Below are positions 33,170 through 43,929 of a stretch of 64,000 nt of DNA, piece by piece. Both the position numbers and the translations under genes were made by a program. The DNA lies in contig CAWJTV010000011.1 of the NCBI GenBank assembly GCA_963845755.1, forward strand, positions 64,001 through 128,000, written 5' to 3'. This DNA comes from an uncultured Planctomycetota bacterium (GTDB lineage: Bacteria; Planctomycetota; Planctomycetia; Isosphaerales; Isosphaeraceae). The notes below the pieces were generated by a model. The model was given only the letters and a program-made list of their open reading frames with translations, was not told the origin of the DNA and did no database searches. Positions within the stretch are counted from its first letter, which is position 1, and every line of letters starts with the position of its first letter.

Positions 33170-34916
33170 CTACGGCCGGCGTTCCCGCGACTCGGTCTCG
33201 GAGGGCCGCGTTCGAAACGCGCTGGCCTGGAGCAGGACGGGCCGGCTGCCGGGTTGCCGGGCGTCGTGCTGCACTCGCCGCGCCGGCGTTACGTCCCTCC
33301 GGTGTTCCGCGGCGCCCCGCTTCGGCCGCGGGCCGGGCTTCGCGCGCCTCCATCTGACGCGATGATCCCCTCTCCGCCTCATCTCGGTGGGCGACTTCGG
33401 CCCGAGCGCCTCCGGCATGTTCTGCGGGGTGGCCGCCGGGATGGCCTGCGGGATGTGCCGCCGGGTGAGCCGCGATCGGTGAATGGGGCAAGCTCATCGT
33501 CCGGGGCCGGTTGGCCATGCCGGAGCGGGCCGCCTCGCGCTCCTGGTGCAGCCGCTGCTCCCGCAGCTGGTGCAACTGCGCCACATTCTGTCGCAACTGC
33601 CGCCGCTCTGCCTCGCTCACCCGCACCATCCGCAGGTTCCTCCCGGCGATCGGATCAGCGGCTAATCGGTTCAGCGGCATACCCATGGTCCGATGGTCGA
33701 TAACGGTAATGTTCCGCGTGATCGAGACGTTCCGCTCGATCCGAATCTGCTCGGCGTACGTCCCCGGCGGCCGAAACGCCACGTTGTCGCGGCGGAGGAT
33801 ATACGCCTCGCGGACCTGCGCAATCCAGCGCGGGTTCTGCCGAAGATTCACCACCGCATAGTACGAGAACAGCGGGTCGAAATAGGCCGGGCGGCCCGTT
33901 GCGAAGCTGAAGGAGAACCAGGGGACGATCCCGACGCTGACGAAGTTCTGGGCGTAGAAGTTACCGAAGAGGTACTGATTCGTGCTCGCCTGGACGAACA
34001 GGTTGCCGGTCACCGCCGAGCCGACGATGCTGATCGATGGTGTGAAGGCGAAGCCCGGTTGGGCGTAGACCGGCTGGGGGTAGTAGACCGGTGCGAACAT
34101 GAGCCCGCGGTTGGCCACGGGCAGGTCCCAGTAGCCGGGGACGAAGAGATACCCACTGGGAGTCCAGACGTAATGGGCGGGAATCCAGATCCAGTTGGGC
34201 TGGACGGCCGCCCAGAACCCGGGCCGCCAGGCGTAGCCGCCTTGCTGCCAGGACCAATAGCCCGGCGTCCAGGCCACGTTGGGTCCCGGCTGCGGCGTGT
34301 TCGGGCCCGACTCCAGGCTCTGCGGCGGCGGCGGGAGATACGTCGCCTGGCTCTGACCCTGGGGCTGGGCCTGACCCTGACCCTGGGCCGGTCCGGCACT
34401 TACGGGCATCCACGAGCCGGGGACCCACTGGTTACCTCCATCGACCTGATGCCAGTACCCGGGGACCCATTGGGTGCTCGGCGGCGGCTCGCGCCAGATG
34501 CCGCTGACCCACAGGTAGTCGTTGCGCGTGACGTCCCAGGCCCAGTATCCCGGAATCCACTGGATATTCTGGCCCGACGGCTTCTGGTCTGGTGGCATCT
34601 CCTGGATCGGATCCGGCGGTCCCTTGGGTACGATCGGTCCGGCCTTGGCGTCGTGAACCACCGGCGCGGCGAACGCCTCATGAACCGGCCCCTGCGTCAA
34701 GACCTGCCCCCCTTGCGGATCCGTTTCCGCACCCGGTTCCGCCGCCGGACTTCCCTGCGGGTTCGCCCCGTCCGTGACGGGGGTCGGATTCGGGGGCGGC
34801 TCATCCTGACCCCATGCCACCGAGGATCCCATCATCCCGACCGACCACCCCACCATCACGGCAAGAACGATCCGGCTGACAGGCCGAGATTGCCCGGGGA
34901 CTCGAGGAATCGACAC
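33170..34916 (-). CDS. YXWGXW/WXPGYW-repeat secreted protein, likely frameshifted near 33320
   Basis: AAGGAG plus GTG start; GPVHEAFA; repeated WIPGYW/WVPGYW/WTPGYW/WRPGFW. The tail probably lies in ORF 33170..33418. Confidence 0.8.
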
Positions 34917-35096
34917 GTCTGCTCTCCTTAGAATCGCGTGACTCAAGACCGCCGCATCCCACCGACGGCGAGGAATCCTCCCGACGGCGACTCCTCGTCG
35001 AGTCTGTCGGAGTTCCCGCAGGGTCGGGATTCTACCCGTCGTGCGAGAATCCGTCTGCCAGAGTCTCTCGGAATCGCCCCGTCCGGCCACCACGTT

Positions 35097-35901
35097 TTAT
35101 GCAGCGATGCCATCATGATGGAATTCGCGGGCGGCGATGGCAATCGTTCGTTCATCAACGAGTGCGAGATCCTGCGCGTACGCGATAAGTAAAGCCAGAT
35201 CAGCAATGTGGTTAAGGCGACGAGGGAGGCCGTTGGCGGCGCGGTGGAGAGCGGGCAAGGCGGCGGGAGCGAAGAGGGGGGATCGTGCTCCGGCGGCGGC
35301 AAGGCGTCCGAGAACGTAAGTCGATGCCTCGGACTCGGTCAAGGGAGCGAGGAGGCAGCGCGCCACGAGCCGATCGGCCAGCGTGGAAGGTAGGTCGAGC
35401 AAGGTCTCGGCGCTGCCGATCAACAACAACGAAAGGTCGGGGGATCCATCGGTCGCAAAGTTGAGCAGCAGCCGGAGGGCATCGAAGGTTGAACGGCTGA
35501 TCGATCAGGTGGGCCTCATCGACGACAAGGAGGGGCGCCGGCCCTGGGCGACTGTCGCGGCAAGGTGCCCGCGCAACTGCCGCAAAGACTCGGTCAAAGA
35601 CGCGGGAGGTGACGGTAGGCTGGCGAACTCCTCGGCCAGGTGTGCCACCAGGTCGACCGCGGGCAAGGCCGGGAAAGTCACGTGCACGACCGGGCCAACC
35701 CATCGACTCGATAGCCGGCGTGCCAGGAGCGTCTTGCCCAAGCCCGGCTCGCCGAACAACATCGCCGGACCTCGCCCCTGATCCAGCCGCATATTGCAGC
35801 CGTCGCAACACGCCCTCATGGCTGGACAAGGCCACGTAGGCCGACGGACTCACCGTCTCGTCGAACGGGCGACGTTCCAGGCCATAGTGGGTCTCGTACA
35901 C
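35097..35901 (-). CDS. ExeA-like AAA ATPase, several frameshifts
   Basis: YETHYGLERRPF; GEPGLGKT; LLVVDEAH; G.PRRLN.IAD.AL. These pieces lie in different frames. Confidence 0.82.
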
Positions 35902-36019
35902 GTTCCCGTCCTCAAGCCTTTGAGATAGTCCGAGAACCCCGTCGGGTGGATGAAATCGACCGAGAATCGGCCCGATCCCGGCAGGTTTCACCCGCTCGGC
36001 AAGGCTTAAGGACTCGATG

Positions 36020-36868
36020 TCAGACGAATGTCTCGGCCAGTCCCAGGAGGGGGACACCGCCCGCCTCGAGGATCTCGCGGGCGCGGAGGATCGCCCGCTC
36101 ACTAGTAAGGCCGTGGTGCTGGACGAGCACGGCGGCGTCTACCGAGCGATGGAGCACCGCCGCGTTCAAGCCGGTGAACAACGGGCCGCCGTCGAGGAGG
36201 ATCAGGTCGAACTCACGGCGGAGCCGGGCCAGGGAGCAGGTCCAGGCCGGTCCGGTGAGGAACTCGCGGGGCCGTGCCACGGCGCCCCGCATCGGCAGGA
36301 CGGCGAGATGGTCGTCGGCTGCGTCGATCAGGGCGTCGGAGAGGGCTCGGCCGTCCTCGGCGACATCATCGAACCCGACCGCGGGCCTCAAGCCCAACAG
36401 GCGCGCGAGCATGGGCCCGGTGAGGTCCGCCTCGACGAGCACGGTGCGGCATGGACGACGCGACAGGGCTCGGGCCAGCGCCAGCACCAGGGTGGTCCGG
36501 CCTTCGGCCCGGTGGCAACTGGTGAACAGGATGACCCGGAGATTCCGCTGCTGCTGGCACTGCAACAGGAATTCGGCCATCCTCTCGAATCGGTCGCCCC
36601 ACTCCCGTTCCAGGTTCAGGACGACCGCCGGCCATTGAAGCTCGGCGCCGGGTCCCGCAACGGTCGCCCTGGAGAATGACCCTGACCCGATCGCCCTCGG
36701 CGGTGCGGATGAGGTCTCCGGTCCCACAGCGAGGACCGGCGTCGCGATCGACTCCGGATGTGGTAGGCCCGGGGACACACGGGCGGGCCAATGAGGTGCC
36801 GGCGGTACGGCCTCGCGCGCATCCCCTTTCTCCCGCTGGGCGTAGGCGCGGTGCGAGCGCCTCATCAA
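36020..36868 (-). CDS. CpsD/CapB (BY-kinase-like) P-loop protein, degenerate
   Basis: VILFTSCHRAEGRTT; VLVEADL; FDLILLDGGP; VDAAVLV. Confidence 0.78.
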   Translation of the reverse strand: MMRRSHRAYAQREKGDAREAVPPAPHWPARVSPGLPHPESIATPVLAVGPETSSAPPRAIGSGSFSRATVAGPGAELQWPAVVLNLEREWGDRFERMAEFLLQCQQQRNLRVILFTSCHRAEGRTTLVLALARALSRRPCRTVLVEADLTGPMLARLLGLRPAVGFDDVAEDGRALSDALIDAADDHLAVLPMRGAVARPREFLTGPAWTCSLARLRREFDLILLDGGPLFTGLNAAVLHRSVDAAVLVQHHGLTSERAILRAREILEAGGVPLLGLAETFV

Positions 36869-37401
36869 CCTCCCTCATTGGCCGCCTCCTCCAGGCTGTC
36901 GTCGGGCAGCAGGTATCCCGGAAAGATGACGGAAACCTCCGCGTCGGCGATGGGTGCCCCGATCGCCGGCTCGAGGGGTCGAACCGCCCCGGAAGACGCG
37001 TCGATCGCGACAACAGCCGGCATCATCACAGACCGGCTCGATCCGAGCCGCGCGCCCCCCTCGTCGCGGGTTCGCGCGCCGGCCTCGGCGAGTTCACCCC
37101 ATGCTGGCAGGTTGACGGCCCGGGTCGCCAGGCTTGCCCAGCCCAGAGCACCGCCGCCGAGGATCGGCAGCAGGGCAAGGAGGGACCAGCCCGCGAGTCG
37201 CACGTGCCGACGGAGCCGACGCCGCGGCTGATGACGGCGTGGTGGCGACTGCCGCAATCTCTGACGGCTCACGGTCGGTTCCAGAGGACGGACCCGCGGC
37301 GCCTGGACCTTCGGTACCGCGATCAGCACGGCCAACTCGAGGCCCGGCGATCGTCCGGCTCGCTTGCTAGCGGCCGTTGGGTAGGTATCGGTTCGGCTCA
37401 T
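36865..37401 (-). CDS. Hypothetical membrane protein
   Basis: One TM segment; C-terminal VIFPGYLLPDD; stop overlaps the next gene's start. Confidence 0.6.
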   Translation of the reverse strand: MSRTDTYPTAASKRAGRSPGLELAVLIAVPKVQAPRVRPLEPTVSRQRLRQSPPRRHQPRRRLRRHVRLAGWSLLALLPILGGGALGWASLATRAVNLPAWGELAEAGARTRDEGGARLGSSRSVMMPAVVAIDASSGAVRPLEPAIGAPIADAEVSVIFPGYLLPDDSLEEAANEGG

Positions 37402-37836
37402 GGCGGCATTCCCCCGCGTTCCAGGCTGTCCCCATCGCGTCGCAGATTCAAGGTCGGTGCTGACCGATTGCCGCACGCCGACGCTTGGCGGCTCTCCCGG
37501 TCGATTTGTTTCATCGTCCCGTCAACCCGTCAAACTTGAACAGCCATGACGAAAATACCGAAACCGGGATCTTGCCGGATCAATTGGGTTAAAAAGCCGC
37601 TACATCCGCGCCAGCCGACAACATCACCGTGGCTTGACGTGATCGATTCCGCAGTCGCAGGAAAAGAGGCTCGGCCCTGGGTGCAACCAAGAGGCCCGAA
37701 TCAGGATCGCCCGGCGATGGACGGTTCCCAAGTCGGGCCTGACACGAAGACGGTGATAGGCTACGGAGCGATCGGGCACAACCGAGTTCAGAAGAGTCCA
37801 TCGCCGGAAGGAGGGATGGGATGGCAGTCCGTCGGC

Positions 37837-39396
37837 TCATCGTCCCCGGAAGAATCCGAAGAGGCCCCCCCTGGTTCGCATCGGTGAGCTGACCTGGGCC
37901 GGAGTGTTGGCGACCATCGCCGGTCGGCCGGATTCGTACTGGAGGACCGGCCGGAACTGCGGCGGGGCACCGGCCAGCCGACCTGAAGCGATCCCGCCGT
38001 TGGCGAGGTCCACCGATCGGACGTTGGCCTCGGTCACGTAGGGATTGTGCCCAGCCCATCGCGATTCCAAGAGTTCCAGCACGTTCAGCGGCGCGAACAT
38101 CCCCTCGCCGCCGACCGAGATCCAATCCGCCGCGTAGGGGTTGCTCTCGTCCACCCGGCCGTCCAACCCGTAGACCAGGCTATATTCGTAGAAGACCACG
38201 CGGTCTTTGTCCTCCTGGCCGTTGAGCATCGAACCGGCGTTCGCATGCAACTCCATCACGACGCCTACAGCGCGGGGACCGCGGCCGGGTAGGGCATGAT
38301 AGGTCGCAATATACTTGTAGATCCCGTGATTCCACACCTCATTGATCACGCCGCGGGGCGGGAACGCCCGAAGATTGGCCAGCAGCGCCTTGTGCTCGCC
38401 GCGGATATGGGTCTCGAGCATCGCGTGCACACGCGACACCTGGTAATCGGTCGGATCGGAACCCGGCCGCGGCGGGCCCGGTGGGATATCCGTGGCATAA
38501 TCGCCGATCCGGTGGTTGAGATGGTTCTCGCCCAGCTCGACCCACAGGGCTTTGAGCTCGTCCTTCGTCAGCCCCGACCCGGGTGCCGGGACCGGCTCAT
38601 TCAGCAGGATGGAGGCCGCCGCTCCCCCCAGGCAATGGCCGGGCCATCGGGAGACCCCGTTGGTCTGGCTGTACGCCGCCTCCCACTGCCGTGCCCCTGT
38701 TCCAAAGAGCTGGTCGTACTTGAGCAAGGGCGATTGGGTGAGGAAGATCGTCAACTGGCCGCCGTGCTCCTTGTCGGGTCCCAGCCAGGTCAGGTCGTCG
38801 AAGAGGTTCGGGAACCAGGTCGCCTCGTCCCCGGGCGCCGGCTGGGTCTCGAGCAAGCCGTTAGGCCCGGCCATCACGATATCCACTCCGGGAGGGATGT
38901 AAGTCCCCGGAGTCGCGATCAACTGGTCGTCACCATTGACGATCATGGTGTCAACCACGCCATTGCCACCGGCCCAGGGCTCATGGATCGAGTCGGCCTT
39001 TGTGGGCCAGTAGTAGAAGTTCCAGGGCTTCTTGAGACTCTGGCCGACCTGGACAAAGGTCGTCTCCACTGTGTACGACTTCTTGGCCCCCTCTACCTTG
39101 AAAGTGACCCACCCCTGGTGATCCCGGCCGATCTCCTGGCCATCAGTCAGACTCTGACCATCCGCGAATCTCATCTCGACCACTCGCCCGAGACTCGCTT
39201 TGATTTTCAACTCGCCGCCGAACCGTGTCGGAATGTACACACCGAAGTAACGGTCGCCGGTTTGCACATCCGAAGCGCCTCCCAACGGGACACTTGTCAC
39301 GTGCTCGGTGGTCTGCGCGTGAACGGCCACACCCATCAGGATTGTGGCGGCCAACGCCCACACCAAGAGACTACCGAGCCGGTTGCCACTGCACAT
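37837..39396 (-). CDS. Secreted protein with transglutaminase-elicitor-like Cys motif
   Basis: Signal peptide; PWNFYYWP; SPLLKYD; WPGHCLGGAAASIL..EP; EVWNHGI. Confidence 0.7.
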   Translation of the reverse strand: MCSGNRLGSLLVWALAATILMGVAVHAQTTEHVTSVPLGGASDVQTGDRYFGVYIPTRFGGELKIKASLGRVVEMRFADGQSLTDGQEIGRDHQGWVTFKVEGAKKSYTVETTFVQVGQSLKKPWNFYYWPTKADSIHEPWAGGNGVVDTMIVNGDDQLIATPGTYIPPGVDIVMAGPNGLLETQPAPGDEATWFPNLFDDLTWLGPDKEHGGQLTIFLTQSPLLKYDQLFGTGARQWEAAYSQTNGVSRWPGHCLGGAAASILLNEPVPAPGSGLTKDELKALWVELGENHLNHRIGDYATDIPPGPPRPGSDPTDYQVSRVHAMLETHIRGEHKALLANLRAFPPRGVINEVWNHGIYKYIATYHALPGRGPRAVGVVMELHANAGSMLNGQEDKDRVVFYEYSLVYGLDGRVDESNPYAADWISVGGEGMFAPLNVLELLESRWAGHNPYVTEANVRSVDLANGGIASGRLAGAPPQFRPVLQYESGRPAMVANTPAQVSSPMRTRGGLFGFFRGR

Positions 39397-40053
39397 GCTG
39401 CCTCCCGAAACCGGTGTTGATTGAACTCGTCTGATCGCGCCGACGCTGGATAGAAGGACTCCGGCTCCCGATTCTGTTGCTTAGCAGATCCCCACAAAAC
39501 GGGACGAATTTTCGGTCTTTCGACAAACTCGTCCTCATTCTTGCGCCAATGTCTCGTAAGCGAATCAGAACCGATCGGAGCCAGGCGCGGTTTGCCGGAA
39601 CCCCCCCTTTTCGTTCGGCTGAGCAACCGGCAGCGGTGGATAGCAATTCGCCAAGTCTCTCCAGCTATCTTCTAGAAACTCGTCAAAGCCCCTAGAGTTC
39701 GTCAAGGCGGCATTTTGTCGATTTTCTCAAGTTCAGTGAATCATCGGCAGCGGTGAAGCCGATAACCTTCAACGGCCACCCCTGGGGTGGAGAGCGAGAG
39801 TCGGCCAAGACGACCGGCTTGAGGCTTCCGCCACCGTGAAAGGCCTTTGTGATCAAATCCCCATCGCGGGTTGGGGATCCGGTTCGCTCGAGGGCGCCAA
39901 CGGCGCCGAGTCAGCGGACTCCAGTGGGGACGGTGGTGTTGGCGATCGGACGTTGTCCACCATCGGCCGTGCCGAACCATCAGGGGATCTTAAGCTCACC
40001 GACTCGATCGAGACATCGACCGACAACCTCTCTCTTCACAAGAGGACATCGCG

Positions 40054-40667
40054 ATGACCAGTGCGGTACTTGTTATTGCTTTGAGTTTGTCTGGCCAAAG
40101 CCCGCAAGGGGCCTGGCCAGCCGCTCAAGGCCCAGGCAAAGTCCTTCCGCAAGCTCAGGCGCCGGCGAAGATCGCTCCGGCGCCCCAGGCTCCAGCGAAG
40201 ATCGCTCCGGCACCCCAGGCTCCGACGAAGATCGCTCCGGCACCCCAGGCTCCGAGCAAGATTGCGCCGGCGCCCCAGGCTCCGAGCAAGATGGCCCCGG
40301 CACTTATGCCCCGAGCAAGATCGCCCCGGCGCCCCAGGCTCCGGGCAAGATGGCCCCGGCGCCTTATGCTCCGAGCAAGGTCGCCCCGGCGCCCCAGGCT
40401 CCGGGCAAGATGGCCCCGCACTTATGCTCCGAGCAAGATCGCCCCGGCCCCAGGCTCCGGGCAAGATGGCCCCGGCACTTATGCTCCGAGCAAGATCGCC
40501 CCGGCACCCAGGCTCCGAACAAGATCGCCCCGGCACCCCAGGCTCCGAACAAGATCGCCCCGGCGCCCCAGGCTCCGGCCAAGATCGCCCCGGCACCCCA
40601 GGCTCCGGCCAAGTATGTGCCGACCGCTGTTCCCCAAGCCCCGGTCAAATCCTCGGGCCAGTATTGA
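40054..40667 (+). CDS. Secreted Pro/Ala/Gln/Lys decapeptide-repeat protein, frameshifted
   Basis: MTSAVLVIALSL signal; KIAPAPQAP[AST] units that jump between frames; ends VKSSGQY*. Confidence 0.7.
40156..40612 (+). repeat. About 15 tandem 30-nt repeats
   Basis: Consensus AAGATCGCCCCGGCRCCCCAGGCTCCGRSC; several units have lost bases. Confidence 0.92.
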
Positions 40668-40744
40668 TGGGTGAGTGACGCGCCGACCGGATTCACGGTC
40701 AACACGTTACCCATCGTGCTGAGGCCGACGGGTTCAAACAATCG

Positions 40745-40790
40745 CGGTGGCGACTCTCCATCGGGAGGGTCGTCGCCGTTGTTGTCTTTC
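40745..40790 (+). terminator. Probable intrinsic terminator
   Basis: 15-bp stem with three G-U pairs (40745-40759/40764-40778), 4-nt loop, then TTGTTGTCTTT; lies between convergent genes. Confidence 0.65.
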
Positions 40791-40897
40791 GAACTCCGGC
40801 CTGCGGACTGACCATGCCTACCCAGCGGACCGATTCGATCTACGATGACGGGCGGAAGTTGGTCGCATCGACCTGAACGCGATAACGAAATGCCGGA

Positions 40898-41308
40898 TCA
40901 ATTCCGCTCGGGGTCGGACGCGGTCGAAGGGAGGACGGGGTCCCCTTGACGGAGGGTGTTCCAGATCTCGACGAAAGCTTGAGCCTCGGCGTCACGCCAG
41001 GAGAGGCCGGTCTCTTCCAACTCGTTCGCACGGCAGCCCCACCGTTCGCGCCACGGGACAGGCCAGCCTGCAACCACGCCGCGATAAGCCAGAGGGTGGA
41101 CGACCGAAAGCCGATCGGCTGGAGGCGCCGAAAAGCGATGATGAGGAACGTCGGCGGATCTCGACGTTCTTGATGGGGAAACCGATTGCGGCTCGGGCTC
41201 AATCGCGACGGCCGCGTCCTCGTCCCCCATCAGCAGGGAGAGCCGTCCTTGGACACACCGAACTTGAGGTCCGTCCGGTCCTCGTCTCAGGGTCCGAAGA
41301 TCGCTCAT
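40898..41308 (-). CDS. Conserved-looking hypothetical protein
   Basis: 136-aa ORF with VAGWP..WRERWG.RANELEE.GLSWRDAE motif. Confidence 0.6.
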   Translation of the reverse strand: MSDLRTLRRGPDGPQVRCVQGRLSLLMGDEDAAVAIEPEPQSVSPSRTSRSADVPHHRFSAPPADRLSVVHPLAYRGVVAGWPVPWRERWGCRANELEETGLSWRDAEAQAFVEIWNTLRQGDPVLPSTASDPERN

Positions 41309-41473
41309 GGGATCACCCCCAACGTGCTCCCCTGGTGGCTGGCCTCCAAACCTCCAGTCGCCCCTACGTGAATATCCTCTTTAGTCATTCTTCGGTCATG
41401 GTCTGGTGATTGTCCACCGCTACGCCGATAATTCATCGTTTTCTCCCCATTTTTACATTCCTCCAACCGCCGG

Positions 41474-42922
41474 GTGGATGCAATGATGCCCGTAGACAAC
41501 GCGACTCCGGGAATTGGTGACGCGGTGTCGGCCAGCGCGGATCGGATGCCGGCTGAGTTCGGCCTGGCGATGGCAACCTTCATGGTCGTGGCGAGCATGG
41601 TGGGAACCGGCGTCTTGACGACCTCGGGCTACACGGTCGCCAGCGTGGGCAGCAACCAGTGGATGCTGCTCCTCTGGGTCGTCGGGGGGCTGACCGCAGT
41701 CTGTGGGGCGTTGACACTGGCGGAGCTCTCGGCGGCCCTGCCGCGGACGGGTGGCGACTACGTGTACCTCTATGAGGCGTACGGGCCGTTGCCGGCATTC
41801 TTATCGGGCTGGGTCTCGTTTGTGATCGGGTTCGCCGGTCCCGGCGCCGCGGCGGCGTTCAGCTCGGCGAAGTACATGCTCAGGCCCTTCTTCAAGCCGG
41901 GCGCGGAGGTGGTGATCCCGGAGCGTTCGCTGGCGACACTTCTGATCCTGGCCTTCGCAGCGATCCATGTCTCAGGCCGTCGCCAGACCGCCCAGGTGCA
42001 GGTCTGGATCACGGTAGTGAAGCTGATGCTGCTCGTCGGGTTCGCCCTGGTCGGCATGGCGGTGGGTTGGCCGCACGCGGCCAATCTCGTCGATCCGACG
42101 CCGGTGAACGGCTCCCTCGCCCTCGGCATGCTGATGTCGCTCGTTTACATCTATTACGCATATACGGGCTGGAATGCTGCATCCTACCTGGCGGGAGAAG
42201 TCCGGGAGCCTCAGCGCCTGCTGCCGCGGGCGATCTTGCTGGGAACGGGGGGGGTCCTTCTCCTCTACCTGGCGGTCAATGTGGTCTACGCGTTGGCCCT
42301 CACGCCCGCCGACATTCGTGGCATCATCAACGACCCGGGGAATCATCGGAATCCGGACGCCGTAGCACCGATTGCCGAGATCGCCGCGGCGCGGCTCTTC
42401 GGAACCCGGTGGGCTGCTCCGCTCGGTATCGCCTTTGGCGTGATGCTCTTGTCCAGCCTCAGCGCTTACCTCTTGATCGGGCCCCGGGTCCTTTTCGCCA
42501 TGGCCCAGGCGGGCCAGTTTCCGTCGATCGCCGCCCGCCTGACCCGGCGGGCCAGCACCCCTGCCATCGCCACCGCGTTCCAGGTCGCAGTCTCGCTCAT
42601 CTTGCTCTGGATCGGTTCGATCGAGAGCCTCATCTTGTATGCCGGCGTGGGCCTGTCGATCTTCTCGATGCTGGCGATGAGCTCGATCTACATCCTCCGC
42701 CAGAGGCGCCCCGAGTTGCCCCGGCCGTTCCGCACGCCCGGTTATCCGATCACGCCGGCGGTTTACCTGGTCTTGACCGGTCTCATGACCCTTGCCGCAT
42801 TCTCCCAACGCCCGAAGGTCTCGGCCTATGCCCTCGCGAGCATCCTGGCCGGCGTCCCGGTTTATTACCTCTGGGAGTCTCTCAAGCGGAGGAAGCCGGC
42901 TGATAGACCGCTCTCCGATTGA
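41474..42922 (+). CDS. APC-family amino acid permease
   Basis: SMVGTGV; AELSAALPRTGGDYVYL.EAYG; YAYTGWN; R.RPELPRPFRTPGYP; about 12 TMs. Confidence 0.95.
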   Translation: MDAMMPVDNATPGIGDAVSASADRMPAEFGLAMATFMVVASMVGTGVLTTSGYTVASVGSNQWMLLLWVVGGLTAVCGALTLAELSAALPRTGGDYVYLYEAYGPLPAFLSGWVSFVIGFAGPGAAAAFSSAKYMLRPFFKPGAEVVIPERSLATLLILAFAAIHVSGRRQTAQVQVWITVVKLMLLVGFALVGMAVGWPHAANLVDPTPVNGSLALGMLMSLVYIYYAYTGWNAASYLAGEVREPQRLLPRAILLGTGGVLLLYLAVNVVYALALTPADIRGIINDPGNHRNPDAVAPIAEIAAARLFGTRWAAPLGIAFGVMLLSSLSAYLLIGPRVLFAMAQAGQFPSIAARLTRRASTPAIATAFQVAVSLILLWIGSIESLILYAGVGLSIFSMLAMSSIYILRQRRPELPRPFRTPGYPITPAVYLVLTGLMTLAAFSQRPKVSAYALASILAGVPVYYLWESLKRRKPADRPLSD

Positions 42923-42999
42923 TCCCGAGCAGCGTTCGCCTGTTAATCTGGCCCATGCCCGCAGGGCGAATGGTGTGTCGATAAAGTCGCGAGGGCGAA

Positions 43000-43455
43000 T
43001 TATTGGGAATCCGTGCCGCCGGTATGCGGATCGAATGTGACGCCAGGCCTGTTAGCGAGGTCTGCGAGTTTCTTGCAAACTTCTTTCACGTGTTGCCGCT
43101 TGGCCATGTCTGGGTCGTTATAGGAAGCGTGATTGATCTCGGGCGCGATCACATGGCCGGGCAAGTCGCCTTCCTCTTGCTTGGGGTGTAAGGCTAATCC
43201 GGCAGCCAGCAAGTCTCGGGCAACCATCCTCGCGACTCTGAAATGACCAGCGGCCTTGTTCGTCGCGGCGACTAACTCGTAAGCTGAAAGTTGGCGTTCG
43301 CGATAGAAAGAGATGCCGTCAGTGTCCCCTTTATTTGGCCTGAACGCCCCAGCCTGAACCGGGGGGGCCTTCTCGGGATCGAAGTATCCTGGAGTGACGG
43401 GGATTCGTCGGAGGATGGTCTCGTCCGGGTCAATCGGGAGCGTAGCATCGCTCAT
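43000..43455 (-). CDS. Hypothetical protein, putative ADP-ribosyltransferase-like fold
   Basis: DETILRR ... F...D.DGISF ... PGH spacing resembles R-S-H ART-like toxins. The ORF is clear; the function is inferred. Confidence 0.55.
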   Translation of the reverse strand: MSDATLPIDPDETILRRIPVTPGYFDPEKAPPVQAGAFRPNKGDTDGISFYRERQLSAYELVAATNKAAGHFRVARMVARDLLAAGLALHPKQEEGDLPGHVIAPEINHASYNDPDMAKRQHVKEVCKKLADLANRPGVTFDPHTGGTDSQ

Positions 43456-43520
43456 CCTTGGTAACCCGATGGGCTCCTCGGTGAGTTCTGGCGGACGTCA
43501 TCTATTAGCAACTGCTTGGA

Positions 43521-43928
43521 TCAGGTCGCTCCGTGTGTAACGATCCCGTCTCCATCGACACGCATCCACTCGGCATAATAAGGCGATCTGATCTCGATTT
43601 CCAAATACTCAGGGTCCTCCCAAGTGAAGAGGATGGTCCCGGCTGGCGTCGGTGCGACGGTTGTCGGTGCTGAATGATCGATCCGCCCGAGATAGTTAGC
43701 CAAGTCGATCGCGCTATCGACTAGTTCGATGGAGGGTGCTGCCGCTCCCAAGCCGTCCCAGTTGTCCCCGAGTCGCCTGAGTGGTTCAAGAGCCCGGACG
43801 ACCTTTCTCCACGTGTCGCGCGAGTGGTGAACAAACCCCACGAGAGCAATCGTGGTCTTCAGATAGGGATCCATCGGCCGGGTATAGCCCGACAACGCCT
43901 GGCCCGGGCTGTCCAAAGTGGCAATCAT
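43521..43928 (-). CDS. Hypothetical protein with NWDG.GA motif
   Basis: ATG immediately after the TIGR04255 stop; L..L.DNWDGLGA..P ... P.P.G.I.F.W. Confidence 0.65.
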   Translation of the reverse strand: MIATLDSPGQALSGYTRPMDPYLKTTIALVGFVHHSRDTWRKVVRALEPLRRLGDNWDGLGAAAPSIELVDSAIDLANYLGRIDHSAPTTVAPTPAGTILFTWEDPEYLEIEIRSPYYAEWMRVDGDGIVTHGAT

Positions 43929-43929
43929 G

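Noticed and set aside
40156..40612. 30-nt repeats as a CRISPR array
   Set aside because: Head-to-tail with no unique spacers, they encode a peptide repeat, and there are no cas genes.
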